Notes: a model not told the origin generated them from the letters alone. A DNA stretch of 64,000 nt from an uncultured Thermoleophilia bacterium (GCA_963715985.1 CAVQSP010000020.1:32001-96000), one strand, 5' to 3'; shown: positions 1 to 11,600, numbered from the stretch's first letter. Numbers and translations: made by a program.

Positions 1-616
1 CGAGGCCGGCGCTTTCTACGTGATGGATCGCGGCTATGTCGACTTCGCGCGGTTGTATGCGTTGCATCAGGTCGGCGCCTTCTTCGTCACGCGCGCCAAG
101 TCGCCGATGGACGCCAGGCGCGTGTACTCGGCTGCGACCGATCGCAGCACCGGCATCATCAGCGACCAGCAGGTCATGCTCAACGGCCACTACTCGGCCA
201 AAAAGTACCCCGAGCACCTGCGGCGTGTTCGATTCAAGGACCCCGAGTCGGGCAAGACGCTGATCTTCCTGACCAACAACACGGCCTTGCCGGCGCTGAC
301 GATCGCCGCGCTGTACAAGAGCCGCTGGCAGGTCGAGCTGTTCTTCAAATGGATCAAGCAGCATCTGCGCATCAAGAAGTTTCTCGGCAACAGCGAGAAC
401 GCCGTGAAGACGCAGGTGTGGTGTGCCGTGGCCACCTACGTGCTCATCGCCATCGTCAAGAAGGAGCTTCAACTCGATGCCTCGCTCTACACATGTCTAC
501 AGATCTTGTCGGTGTCGGTCTTCGAGAAAACCCAAATTTCATGCGCCTTGCAGGCCGATGCGTCCCAGACCAACATGCCCGACGCCGCTAACCAATTGAA
601 TTTGTTCGACTTTTAA
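1..616 (+). CDS. IS4-family transposase, C-terminal part (5' end outside window)
   Basis: DRGY motif and YKSRWQVELFFKWIKQ (YREK-type signature of IS4 DDE transposases). Confidence 0.93.
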   Translation, partial: EAGAFYVMDRGYVDFARLYALHQVGAFFVTRAKSPMDARRVYSAATDRSTGIISDQQVMLNGHYSAKKYPEHLRRVRFKDPESGKTLIFLTNNTALPALTIAALYKSRWQVELFFKWIKQHLRIKKFLGNSENAVKTQVWCAVATYVLIAIVKKELQLDASLYTCLQILSVSVFEKTQISCALQADASQTNMPDAANQLNLFDF

Positions 617-629
617 CCGGACAGTAGTG
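612..629 (+). mobile_element. Right terminal inverted repeat of the IS4-family element
   Basis: TTTAACCGGACAGTAGTG overlaps the transposase stop and resembles IS4-family ends; partner IR is outside the window. Confidence 0.65.
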
Positions 630-796
630 CTTCTCTCTATAGAGGTGAGAAGTTCGACATGACTATCGATGTTTCATCGGAACACATTATATAGGTGGAC
701 GATTGAGTTAAATCGAAGTCGAAGTTGCAGCGTCACAGTAGTGGTCACCCTGACGCTGGCAGAAAACCAATGACCGGTACGCTGTTGATCGTTGTG

Positions 797-1213
797 CTAT
801 TTCATTTTCATGTGGCTAATCTGAAATTCGAGCAGTGACTTATTGTTGCGTGCCTCAACCGTCAACGCGTAGTCCTTCGGCCAATTCGTGAGCACGTAGT
901 CGAAGTTCTTGATCGCGGTCTGAGCATAGTTCCTACTGTGCTTGCTGGTCGAATTCGATCTAAAGCGATTCATATAGAGCAGCCCAGTGCAGAAATGGTG
1001 GAGGTGCACGTAGATATCCTTGCCCATTTTGCTGCTCCATACTTTCTGCGTCGCCGGGTCCCCCCCGAGGCGCGCGATGCAGTAGTCCGGCAGCATCGAG
1101 AGTTCAGCCGCTGTTGGCTTATTTGGCAAGCGTGTATCGGCGGCTAAGGAGAATGCGGGGGCTAGCGCCACCGTGGCGACGACAAGGGCTAGCGTTCTAC
1201 GTTTCATGCTCAT
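797..1213 (-). CDS. Exported hypothetical protein (helical, Cys/His motif), type seen in EPS loci
   Basis: GGAG RBS before ATG 1213; signal peptide MSMKRRTLALVVA...AFSLA; LPDYC and HLHHFC motifs. Confidence 0.75.
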   Translation of the reverse strand: MSMKRRTLALVVATVALAPAFSLAADTRLPNKPTAAELSMLPDYCIARLGGDPATQKVWSSKMGKDIYVHLHHFCTGLLYMNRFRSNSTSKHSRNYAQTAIKNFDYVLTNWPKDYALTVEARNNKSLLEFQISHMKMK

Positions 1214-1315
1214 CAAATTGCTCCATTGCAACCTTGCTCTTGGTCTGGCGTGTAGATCGTGGCTGGCACGCTTGCAACCAGGCAGTGCCGTGCGGATGCG
1301 TTCGTTTATCACTCG

Positions 1316-2855
1316 TCACTTCGGGCGCATGAGCCGCGAGGTAACCGCCTTCTTCCAACGATCGGCCTCGGAGCGCAGGGCCTCCAGCGGCAGAAACAGA
1401 AAGGCCAGGGCGTAGACCAGGCCGCCGAACATCGCCATGGCCACGATGTAAAGAGACGGCGAGACCGCGCGGAGATCGGCCACGATGTGATGGAGCAAAG
1501 TCAGAGCGGCAGCCAGCAACGCATTGAGGATGACAGCAGGCCCGATCGCGTTCGTCAAGTCACGCAAGCGGGCTTTCACTGCCCGGTGTGCGAGCGCGTA
1601 AAGGCACGTGGCGCTCAAGATATGCGCCGAAACGATAGCCCAAGCCACGCCTGCCAAGCCCCAGCGCAGGCCGTAGAACGACGCGCCAGCGGCGACGACC
1701 AGCGTCATTGCCTGTATCGCCATCTCCTGGTTGAGCCGGTTCCTCGCCTCAAGCAACACACTTGCGGGGCGGCCCAGTGTGAAAGAAGCCGGCCAGGGCA
1801 AGGATCTGAGCGGGACCGGCAGCCGGCAGCCAGGTTGCGCCGTACAGGATCCGAACGAGAGGCTCAGCCACCCAGATGAAGATTACCAGTAGCGGGCTCA
1901 CGTAGACCGTGAGCAGCGTGATCGTTCGAAAGAAAAGGTACCTGGTCTGGTCGAGGTCGCCCTGCACCTTGCTCATTGCTCGGAACACGACTTGGCCCAC
2001 CGGCGGGGTGACAAAGCGGTTAGGCATGCGCGCCAGGCTTTCGCCCCGCGTCAGAACGCCCAGCGCTGCGGCACCAGCGTTCTTGCTGACGATGAGGTAC
2101 ACAGCCTGATCTTTGAAGTACGTCAGCAGTTCGTTGACTGTGATCTTGACCCCGTAGCGGGCGTGTTGGCGCACCGTTGCGAGATGCCAGCGCAACTTCG
2201 GCCGCAGCGGAACGATGTAGGTGAGCAGAACATTGGTAACCAGCGCGCCGATCAAGCCGGAGAAGACGAGGCTCCATACCCCCAGGCCGCCCATAGCCAT
2301 CGCGATGCCACTGAAGCCCGCCACCAGCGCCACCGTCATTTCGACCACCGACCGCTTCTTGAACTCCATGGCACGGCTCAACCAGACCAGGCGAATCGAG
2401 GCAAAGGGGCGAAACAGGAAGCTTATCGCCACCACGCGCAGCAGGTCCGCGTACAGCGGCTCGCCGAAATACGACGCAACCAGCGGCGCGACGGCGAAGA
2501 AGCCGGCGTAGATCGCCATACCGACCACGAGTTGCATCGTGAAGACAGCGTGGAAGTCGCCCGCAGCGGCGTTCTTGGCGCGGATCAGCGACTGGCCCAT
2601 GCCCCCTGCCGCCAGCAGGCCGACGAAGCCCGTGAAGATGTGAATGGTGGCCATGGCGCCAAAGTCCGCCGGCATCAGCAGCCGCGCCATCGCGATGCCG
2701 AACGCGAACTGCAGCACGCGCGTCCCGCTGTTGCCGAGGAAGGACCACTTGACACCGTGGCGGATGGTCTGGCCGAGATTGATTTGGGCGAGGGTTTGGA
2801 GTTCAGCCCCGAGATGGACGATGTAGGCCTGGACCGGACGGCCCCCAAGCCGCAA
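1316..2855 (-). CDS. Wzx/PST-family polysaccharide flippase (frameshift near 1790, start uncertain)
   Basis: GVKWS...ARLLMPADFG, GLGVWSLV, ILYGATWLPA motifs; hydrophobic C-terminus continues in ORF 1316-1801. Confidence 0.88.
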
Positions 2856-3137
2856 CTCTTCGGCAAGCCCGGCACCTGCCGAAGAATGCCGCTATGCATC
2901 GCATTCGCAGACAACGCTTTCGGCGGACCCGGCGATGACGGTTCGCCCTTAGCCGGGAGGCCCGGATCGAAGTCGGCTGATGTGCGCTCCAATCACCATA
3001 CGCGATCATGCCCCTCCCTGAGGCAGCGGCACCGATGAAAGCGGTCGGAAGCTGGCAGTTATGCACACGACCTACGTTCGGCACCGCCATTCGTAGTGGG
3101 CGCATTGGCATCATAAAAAATGCAGCGAGTTGTACAT

Positions 3138-4838
3138 AGTCGGCCCTGCAAATTTCAGTTTGGCGCCCAGTTGCGATGAACGGCCAAGCGCGGCTGCGGC
3201 GCTCTGAGGCCGACGAGGTGGACGAAGGCCCCCAGCATTGACCCGAGCGCGCCCAGCAATTCGCCTGATGCGCGCACGACACTGATTTGCGCATACAAGG
3301 CCAGATCGGACAAGGCCAAAGAAGACCGCTTGGCGGCCAGACGAACGATGGCCCGCATCAACCATCGAATGTTGTAGCCCGCCGCACAGCTCAGCGCGTG
3401 CAGCGCGTCACCCAATGCACCCTGCAGCCAGCAGCGGTCCATGCGGTTGTCGCTCTTGGTGTGACCGATCGCCGGTTCGATGGCCTGACGGCGCTTGAGC
3501 CAGCGCCGCTGCTGGCTCGTGAGCGTCTTGTACTTGCCGCGATGGATGATCTCGATGCCGGGGTTGTCGGCATCCACACCGCGGAACCCCAGGTCCACGA
3601 TGGCCTGCGTGGGACTGCGTCCCAGGTCTTGCAGCAGGTTGGTGGTCTGCTCGATTTGCGCGCACAGGATGTGCCCGTCATACGGATTGCCGGCGAAGCT
3701 GCGCGCGCCCACCATGAGCCCTTGCTTGTGCGTGACGGCCAGGCTGACCTTGACGCCGAATTCGTAAGGCTTGCGCGCCTTGCCCTTCGCGAGACACTCG
3801 ACCTCGGGGGCGTGCAGCGCGTACAGCTTGTTCTTGTCGTGGCGCTGCTGGGTGCGGATGCGTTCGGCGCGCTCCAGCCACATCTTCAGATCGCTCAGCG
3901 CCGTCGGCCCCGACGGTTCGCGCTCGGGCTGCCCACCTGCGGCAATGGCCTGCGTCTGCGCGTCGAGCTTGCGTTGCACTTCGCGCATCACCACGCCCAG
4001 TATCGTGCGCTGGCGCTTGACGGTTCTCTTCAGGCGCCGGAACTGCTTGGCGTGCGCATAGCCGCCGGCCTTGCGCCGCAGCTCCTTGCCTTCCTTGGCG
4101 AACGTTTGTTTGAGTGCGAGGCCGGCGCGCTGGGCCGCGCTGACCACCTTGTGGCGCGCGATCTCCAGCAGCCGACTGTCCACCGGGTGGGCGATGGCCT
4201 TCTCCTGGACCGTGGTATCGACAATCACGCGCTCGAGCTCGGCGGGCTTGACCGCCTTGATCTCGACGGCGGTCTCGATGGTGCACTTCAGCAGTTGCTC
4301 CAGGCCGTCTTCGCCGATGGCGCGGCGAAAGCGGCCGATCTGCGTCGCGTCGCACGGCAGCCGAGGCTCGTAGTACTCCATGCCGCTGAAGAACTGGTAC
4401 TGGACGTTCTCGCTCCAGCGCAGCACGAGTTCTTCGTCGCTGAGGTTGAAAGAATTCTTCAGGTAGACCAGGCTGGCCATGAGCCGTATCGACAAGCGCG
4501 GCCGGCCGGCGTTGCTGACACCGCCGCCGAACTCCACCTGGTGTTCGCCCAGGAGATCGTCCGCGATCCCTTGCCGGGCCGGACGATCCTGATGCGTGAA
4601 CTTCGGCGCCAAGGACTGCTCGATCCGATCCCACGGCAGCTGCCTTGCCAACACCGCCAGCGGGTGGCGCAGATCGATCATGGCGTCCAGCCGGGAGCGG
4701 AAGAAATCTGGCGTGCTCATCAACGAAATCCCTCAAGAATCGCCTCATCAAGAAACGATTCCTGGGGGATTCGGTGCACCTCGTTTACCCCGAATCGCTA
4801 GCATTCATGCGGGCAGCAGGCGTTTTGCAGGTCCGACT
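3138..4838 (-). mobile_element. IS5-family insertion sequence, complete
   Basis: Imperfect terminal IRs AGTCGGCCCTGCAAA (3138) and TTTGCAGGTCCGACT (to 4838) around a transposase; no clean target duplication seen. Confidence 0.85.
3155..4723 (-). CDS. IS5-family transposase
   Basis: IDLRHPL, GRPRL, VIVDTTVQEKAI, KGKARKPYEFG, DLGFRG, RRQAIEPAIGHTK. Confidence 0.95.
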   Translation of the reverse strand: MMSTPDFFRSRLDAMIDLRHPLAVLARQLPWDRIEQSLAPKFTHQDRPARQGIADDLLGEHQVEFGGGVSNAGRPRLSIRLMASLVYLKNSFNLSDEELVLRWSENVQYQFFSGMEYYEPRLPCDATQIGRFRRAIGEDGLEQLLKCTIETAVEIKAVKPAELERVIVDTTVQEKAIAHPVDSRLLEIARHKVVSAAQRAGLALKQTFAKEGKELRRKAGGYAHAKQFRRLKRTVKRQRTILGVVMREVQRKLDAQTQAIAAGGQPEREPSGPTALSDLKMWLERAERIRTQQRHDKNKLYALHAPEVECLAKGKARKPYEFGVKVSLAVTHKQGLMVGARSFAGNPYDGHILCAQIEQTTNLLQDLGRSPTQAIVDLGFRGVDADNPGIEIIHRGKYKTLTSQQRRWLKRRQAIEPAIGHTKSDNRMDRCWLQGALGDALHALSCAAGYNIRWLMRAIVRLAAKRSSLALSDLALYAQISVVRASGELLGALGSMLGAFVHLVGLRAPQPRLAVHRNWAPN

Positions 4839-5018
4839 GCATATGCGCGCGCCCGCTGACCGAGATATTGGCCCGAGCGCACCCAGACCCCGCGGATGAG
4901 GGATTTCTACGGTCGCCTTCCCGGCCCAATTCCGGGCTGTTCAGTTGGCGCGCGCGGATCGCTGCTGAATGTCCGCCACCCTCGTCTGACACTGGTACGC
5001 TGTTCCTGGAGTTGCTGA

Positions 5019-7816
5019 ATGAACCAGAGAATTCTTGGCCGTCGCATAAAGGCCTTCGCTGCCGCCTTGTTCGCCTGCGCAGCCGGTTCGCCTTCGGGCA
5101 GGTCTACTCGTATGACTTCGTCTGGTACACCGGTGCCATGCAGGTATGGGTCTACGAGACGGGCCCGAAGCTGACGGTAGAAGTCTACGAGGATCCATCG
5201 ACTCCGGAGAATGATGTTTTTTCCGTTTCGCAACGGTCTCGACATACCGATCATCTACAAGGGCAGCCCCTCGATCATTCACTCGCCATCATTGCAGACC
5301 TCCAGATCGACACCGGAACAGTCAACCCAGGTATGTTTTCGTCGGTTTCCGTCTGGAGCGCACTAGGCGATGTGAAGTTCCAGTTAACGCGCCCGGCACC
5401 CCATTCACACTGCTAGATCAAAGCGGCTCGATCTCCCGCATCGCATGGAGCGGTGACGCCGCCGTCGGGTAGGAGGAGCAGTTCCAGCCCGCGAACTGAT
5501 GGCGTCAATGCTGGTGAATATGTCGTGCTGCGGGCGGTGCTGAATCCCGGCGGTGACGTTCGCTAACGTCATCGAGGCCATCGAAACCGGATTGTCTTCG
5601 AACTATGTGCAGGGGCACTATGGGTTGTGGACGACGGCGCAGAAACAGTACTACCGTGCCGAAGCCCCCAAGGGTTTGCGGTTCGCGTTGCTTATGCAAA
5701 GCATCGTACCCAACAGATGGAATCCGGATGGGCACGGGCTGTTCGTGATGCACCGTCGCGCCGCGGAGGGACATTCCTCAGATCACTTCGTTAGCGCGAC
5801 GCCGGCGAGATGCTGGACACGCAGACGAGCCAGTTGTCCGTGTCGGCGGTGGACCCGAGCCCGGGCCGCAGGCGCTGAGCTACCAGTGGACGGTGGTCAG
5901 TGGCGGGGGCACGCTGAGCCAAGCGGCGAACGCCAGCGCGGTCTACACGCCGGCGAACGTGACGGGCAGCCAGGGGGTCGTGGTGCGCGTGCAGGTATCG
6001 GATGGTGCCTCGACGGTCACGCGCGACGTGACGCTGCAGGTCAACGATGCGCACGCCGCCGCCGCCGAACGCGGCGCCGCAGATCACGGCGGTGAGCGCG
6101 ACGCCGTCGACGATGTGGGAGATGCAAAGAGCCAGTTGTCGGTGACGGCGACGGACGCGGACGGTCCCGGCGCGTTGACGTACGCAGTGGGCGGTGGTCA
6201 GCGGCGGGGGAATGCTGAGCAGCGCGACGAGCCCGAACCCATGGTATTCGCCGGCGGACGTGATCGGCACGCAGACCGTGACGCTGCGCGTGACGGTATC
6301 CGACGGGGCGGCCAGCTCGAGCCGGGAACTGACGCTGACGGTGTAGGACAGCAGCAACCCGCCGCCGCCGGGCGCGCAGATCCTGAGCCAGGACTTCAGC
6401 GTCAACTCGTTCGCGGGGTGGCAGTACGCGGACGAGGGCACGATCTCGGCGCCGTCCAAGTGGGGCATCGTCTCGGGCGAACTGGTGCAGCAGAGCAACA
6501 TCCGCGACGCCAGCACGGCCAACGACGTGGCCAAGCTGGGCACCTATCTGCTGTATGGCGACGGGCTGGGCTGGACCGACTACAAGGCCGGGTTCAGGCT
6601 GCGTTCCACCGACGACGACACGCTGGGGGTGATGTTCCGCTACATCGACCCGGACAACTGGTACCGCTTCAGCTGGGACAGCCAGCTCAAGCAGCGCCGG
6701 CTGGTGAAGAAGGCCGGCGGCGTGTACAGCCTGCTGGCGGCCGACAACGTGCCCTACGTGATGGGGCGCAACTACCAGGTGCAGATCGTCGCGCAGGGCA
6801 GCCAGCTCGAAGTGTGGGTCGACGGCGTGCGCATCTTCCAGGTCAGCGATGCAGCGCACAACCGCGGCAGCGTGGCCTTTTACACCTGGCAGAACAACGG
6901 CGCCTTCTTCGACAACCTGGTGGTGGAGGACTTGAGCGGTGGCAACTTCAACGCGCTGCCCAAGATCACCGCGCTGACGGCCACGCCGGCGACGATGCTG
7001 GACAACCAGCAAAGCCAGCTGGCAGTGACGGCCACCGACACCGATGGCCCGAGCGCACTGAGCTACCGATGGACGATCGTCAGCGGCGGCGGTGTGATCA
7101 GCGGCGCCACCAGCGCGAACGCGATCTACGTGCCGGTGGACGTGGTGGGCACGCAGACGGTCAAGATCAAGGTGGAGGTCAGCGACGGCTCGGCCACGGT
7201 GGCGGGCAACCTGACGCTGAAGGTGAACGACGCCAACCCGCCGCCGCTGGGGCCGCAGCTGCTGGCCAGCGACTTCAGTGGCACGCTGGCGGGCTGGAGC
7301 GTGCGCGACGAGGGCACGATCTCTGCGCCGTCGAAGTGGGCCATCGTCTCGGGCGCGCTGGCGCAGCAGAGCAACATCCGCGACGGCAGCACGACCAACC
7401 AGTTGCCCAAGCTGGGCACGTACCTGGTGTACGACGGCGGCACGGCGTGGACGAACTACCGCGCCAAGTTCAAGCTGCGCTCGACCGACGATGACACGCT
7501 GGGGGTGATGTTCCGCGTGGCCGACGCGAACAACTACTACCGCCTGAACTGGGACCGGCAACTCAACCAGCGCCAGTTGGTGAAGAAGGTCGCGGGCGTG
7601 TACACGCTGCTGGCGGCGGACAACGTGCCGTATGTGATGGGGCAGACCTACGATGTGGAAGTCATCGCCAACGGCAACCAGCTGGAGGTGTGGATCGACG
7701 GCGCGCGCGTCTTCCAGATCACCGACGCCGCCCTGGGCAGCGGCTCCATCGCCTTCTACACCTGGCAGAACAACGCCGCCTTCTTCGACGACTTGCAGGT
7801 CAACCAAATTGACTGA
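5019..7816 (+). pseudogene. Large secreted protein: signal peptide, passenger domain, Ig-like x2, TSP-C-like, Ig-like, TSP-C-like; several frameshifts and an in-frame TAG at 6344
   Basis: GGAG then ATG 5019 gives MNQRILGRRIKAFAAALFACAAGS; repeated PQITAVSATP..SQLSVTATD.DGP..L.Y.W units; two domains with STDDDTLGVMFR. Confidence 0.7.
6001..6360 (+). repeat. Ig-like module DNA repeat, copy 1 (copy 2 at ~8757-9120)
   Basis: Long near-identical stretches, e.g. GCGCCGCAGATCACGGCGGTGAGCGCGACGCCGTCGACG in both copies. Confidence 0.9.
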
Positions 7817-7839
7817 CCGATCTATCCGAGGCAATTGAC

Positions 7840-9120
7840 ATGACTGGATTTCTGCCCCGCGCCCTTCTGCTCACCTCGGTGATGCTGGGACTTGCGCCTG
7901 CCCATGCCGCTCTTCACGACCGCGGGTGCGGTCTCGTCTACGACGACGTACTCAACGTTACCTGGCTGCAGAACGTGACCCTGGCAGCGGGCTCGCCCTA
8001 CGACGACGACTACCTTGAAGTCTCCATCACCTAACGCCAACACAGACGGGAAGTTGTCTTACTACGCTGCGCTGGCATGGGTGCAAAGCCTTCAGTACCA
8101 CGACTGCATTCGCGGACGCATCCTGACGGGCTGGCGCCTACCGGACGTCCGACCCGTCAATGGTGTGGCGCTCAACGTGCGGTCGGCCTACGACGGATCG
8201 TCCGACACGGGCTACAACATCACGTCGCCGATGCATGAACTGTCGTACATGTACTACGTCAATCTGAAGAACAAGGGGCAGTACAACACCCAGGGCGCGT
8301 TGCAGACGGGATTCGGATTGGTGGACAATCCGGGTGATTCCACCGACGAAAGCCTCTTCGTCAACCTGGAAGTCGGGCCTGTACTGGTCGAGCACTATCC
8401 GCCCGGACAACGACACGAATTCGTGGGACTTCCGCATGGATCGCGGGGCCACCACTGCTGCGAATTTGGATTACGTGCGCTATGCCTGGGCTGTTCGCGA
8501 TGGCGATGTCGATCAGCCGCAGCCGATCGACATCATTGTGGCGCAGGCCACGCCTGCGGTGTTGCTGGACACGCAGACGAGTCAGCTGTCCGTGGTGGCA
8601 GTGGATGCGCAGCCGGGCCCGCAAGCCTTGACGTATCAGTGGAAGGTTATCAGTGACGGCGGCACGCTGAGCAACACGACGAGCGCCACTGTGACTTACA
8701 TGCCGCGGGACGTGACGAGCGCACCGGAAGGGTGGTGGTACGGGTACTTGTCTCCGACGGTGCCTCGACAGTCACGCGCTACGTGACGCTGCAGGTCAAC
8801 GATGGTGGCACGCCGCCGCCGCCGAACCAGGCGCCGCAGATCACGGCGGTGAGCGCGACGCCGTCGACGCTGTGGGAGATGCAAAGCAGCCAGTTGTCGG
8901 TGACGGCGACGGATACGGACGGTCCTGGGGCGTTGACGTACGCGTGGGAGGTGGTCAGCGGCGGCGGGATGTTGAGCAGCGCGACGAACCCGAACCCGTG
9001 GTATTCGGCGGCGGACTTGAACGGCACTCAGACCGTGACGCTGCGCGTGACGGTGTCCGACGGGGCGGCCAGACACGAGCCGCGAACTGACACTGACGGT
9101 GTACGACAGCAGGAGCAACC
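7840..9120 (+). CDS. Secreted protein: signal peptide, DUF1566/Lcl-C-like domain, Ig-like x2; frameshifted and cut at the junction
   Basis: AHAALHDRGCGLVYDDVLNVTWLQ, GWRLP, ELSYMYYVNL, YWSST, AWAVRDGDV, then the same Ig-like units as the upstream gene. Confidence 0.75.
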
Positions 9121-10208
9121 CGGCCGGCTTCCTCGGTGTAATCCTCGGCGCGGCCACCGTTTCTGACGATGCAGACATCGTCCAGAAAAATCTGCACATT
9201 TTCCAGGACCATGTTTTCCACACCCGAGCGGCCAACGGCGGCAAGAATCCGGCCCCAATTGGGGTCGCTGGCAAAAAAAGCGGTTTTTACCAGGGGCGAG
9301 TGGGCGATGGTTTTACCGACTCGCACCGCTTCTTCATCGTGCAATGCTTCTTCGACTACGATGCGCATTAACTTGGTTGCACCTTCGCCATCCCTGACAA
9401 TGGCTTCCGCCAGTTGTTTGCAAACGCTCATAAGGGCATCGGCAAAAATCGCATAGTGTTCGCTGTCAGCGGTAATTTCCGGTGCGGTTGAGCAGCCGCT
9501 CGCCATGACGACGCAGGCATCATTGGTCGACGTATCGCCATCTACGGTAATACGGTTAAAGGAGTGTTCAACCGCTAAAGCCAGGCAGTGTTGCAACAAC
9601 GGCTGTTTAATTTTGGCATCCGTAGCGATAAAGCCCAGCATGGTCGCCATATTCGGCTGTATCATGCCGGCGCCTTTGGCAATGCCGTTGATTGTGATGG
9701 GCTGTCCGGCAACGGTAATGATTTCGGAAACGCCTTTGGGAAACGTGTCCGTGGTCATAATCGCGCGGGCGGCTTTATCCCAGTTATCGAGTGCAAGATG
9801 ATGTATGGCCGCCGGTAAAGCCGCTGTTATTTTTGCTACCGGCAAGGGTTGTCCAATCACGCCTGTTGAAAAAGGCAACACTTGATTGGCTGCGGCACCC
9901 ACGACTTTTGCCAGTTCGGCACAAGAGAGCAGGGCATCCTGCATGCCCTGTTCGCCGGTTCCCGCGTTGGCATTGCCCGAATTAATCAGCAACCAGCGAG
10001 GCCCCTGTGCCAGATGGGCTTTTGCAACATGTACAGGCGCGGCACAAAAAGCATTTTGGGTAAATACGGCCGCGCAGGTTGACTGTTCCGCCATTTGAAT
10101 AACCAAAATATCGTCTTTGACTGTTTGCTTGATACCCGCACAGGCCGTGCCTAACGTTATCCCTGCTACGTTAAGCATGTCCGGAAAATCACACTGTCCT
10201 ACCGCCAT
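9120..10208 (-). CDS. argJ: Bifunctional ornithine acetyltransferase ArgJ, C-terminus cut at the junction
   Basis: INSGNANAGTG, AIMTTDT, KGAGMIQPNMATML, DGDTSTND, DGEGATK, DPNWGR. Confidence 0.96.
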
Positions 10209-10211
10209 CGG

Positions 10212-11366
10212 TTAATCCTCGCTGTGTTTAAAAAATAAAATGACATTTTTAATTCGTTTGACTTTTACTTGCATCATTTTGCAGCGCTTTTTTAGCGAGG
10301 CTAATTGTTGCGGTTGTTCGCTGAGGGCAAACGGTAAAATAATTTCCACTTCAATCTGGCCGTTTAAATAATGAATTCTGAAATCTTCTATCGACGATCT
10401 AATCTCCACCAGATAGCGATCCAATAAAGCCTGGACATCACGGCGAGTGAGCGGTTTGCTGTTTTCAAATAACCCCTGGTCATCTTCAGGATCGATATGC
10501 ACCAACACATCCATGACATCATCAAAACGGGTGATCAGCTCATCCCTGACGGTATCGCCGATGCTATGGCCCTCGGAAACCGTGATACGCGGATCAACAA
10601 CAATATGGGCATCGATCAACGCATCTTCGCCCATCTGCCGGGTTCGCAATAAATGAATGCCTTCAACGCCATCAATACCCATGATGGCGGTGCGAATTTC
10701 GGCTACCAGTCTGGGCGGCAACGAGGTATCAACCAGCTCTTTGATGCTTTCAAGGACCAGGTTCAAGCCAATTTTTGCGACCATCAAGGCAACAACGATG
10801 GCGGCAATGGCATCGGCCAGCGGATAACCCAGCATCACGGCGCCTATGCCGAATAACACCACCAGCGATGAAATGGCGTCACTGCGCTGATGCCACGCAT
10901 TGGCCATTAATAATTTGGAGCGGGTTCTTCTCGCGATACGTTTGGTGTAATGATACAGCCATTCATTAACCAGAATGGATACCGCCGCAATGCCCAAGCC
11001 CATCACATTAGGCACAGGCAGATGTTCAGGATGCGCCATACGATTCATCACCGACCAGGTAATTGCGCCGCCGATAGCAATCAAACTGGCGCCTAAAATG
11101 ACGGTTGCAATCGTTTCAAAGCGCCGATGTCCATAAGGATGTTCGTAATCGGCTTCCCGGCTGCCCAATCTGACCGCAACAATGACTAACAGGTCGCTCA
11201 GTAAATCCGATAACGAATGAATGCCATCGGCGATTAATGCCGCGGATTGTCCCAGAATGCCAAAACCGATTTTGATAAGCGTCTGGAAAACATTAACCGC
11301 GGCGCCGACGTAGCTGGCTCTGGCTTTGAGTTTACGGATTCTTGCCGTATCAAGGACTTCAGCCAT
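10212..11366 (-). CDS. Cation diffusion facilitator (FieF-like) transporter
   Basis: ADGIHSLSD, HPYGHRRFE, NAWHQRSD, C-terminal VHIDP. Confidence 0.93.
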   Translation of the reverse strand: MAEVLDTARIRKLKARASYVGAAVNVFQTLIKIGFGILGQSAALIADGIHSLSDLLSDLLVIVAVRLGSREADYEHPYGHRRFETIATVILGASLIAIGGAITWSVMNRMAHPEHLPVPNVMGLGIAAVSILVNEWLYHYTKRIARRTRSKLLMANAWHQRSDAISSLVVLFGIGAVMLGYPLADAIAAIVVALMVAKIGLNLVLESIKELVDTSLPPRLVAEIRTAIMGIDGVEGIHLLRTRQMGEDALIDAHIVVDPRITVSEGHSIGDTVRDELITRFDDVMDVLVHIDPEDDQGLFENSKPLTRRDVQALLDRYLVEIRSSIEDFRIHYLNGQIEVEIILPFALSEQPQQLASLKKRCKMMQVKVKRIKNVILFFKHSED

Positions 11367-11593
11367 TACGCGCCTACTTCCAGGACAATAATATACTCAT
11401 GATCGCAGGATTTTGTTTCCAGCACTTTATGACCATTGATGCGGCACCATGCAGGAATATCCTGCATGACACCGGGGTCGGTGCAGATGACTTCCAATTG
11501 GTCGCCGGCCTTAAGTTGTTTGACTTTATCCTGGGTGCGTATGACCGGCAGAGGACAGAGTAAACGCCGTGCATTTAGGGTTTCTTTATTCAT
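11366..11593 (-). CDS. tusA: TusA-family sulfur carrier
   Basis: LLCPLP motif, TDPG...DIPAWC, 75 aa. Confidence 0.9.
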   Translation of the reverse strand: MNKETLNARRLLCPLPVIRTQDKVKQLKAGDQLEVICTDPGVMQDIPAWCRINGHKVLETKSCDHEYIIVLEVGA

Positions 11594-11600
11594 ATAAATT

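Noticed and set aside
728-758. Second ACAGTAGTG (matching the IS4 end) inside a CAGCGTCA/TGACGCTG hairpin
   Set aside because: A 9-bp match is too short to call an IS remnant; the hairpin may simply terminate the 797-1213 gene
1-4838. Composite transposon carrying wzx
   Set aside because: The flanking elements belong to different IS families and no shared target duplication is visible
8955-10208. ArgJ with a novel C-terminal extension, and PilU (12794-13501) with a novel tail
   Set aside because: Both tails are read-through into the antisense strand of unrelated DNA across the chimeric joints
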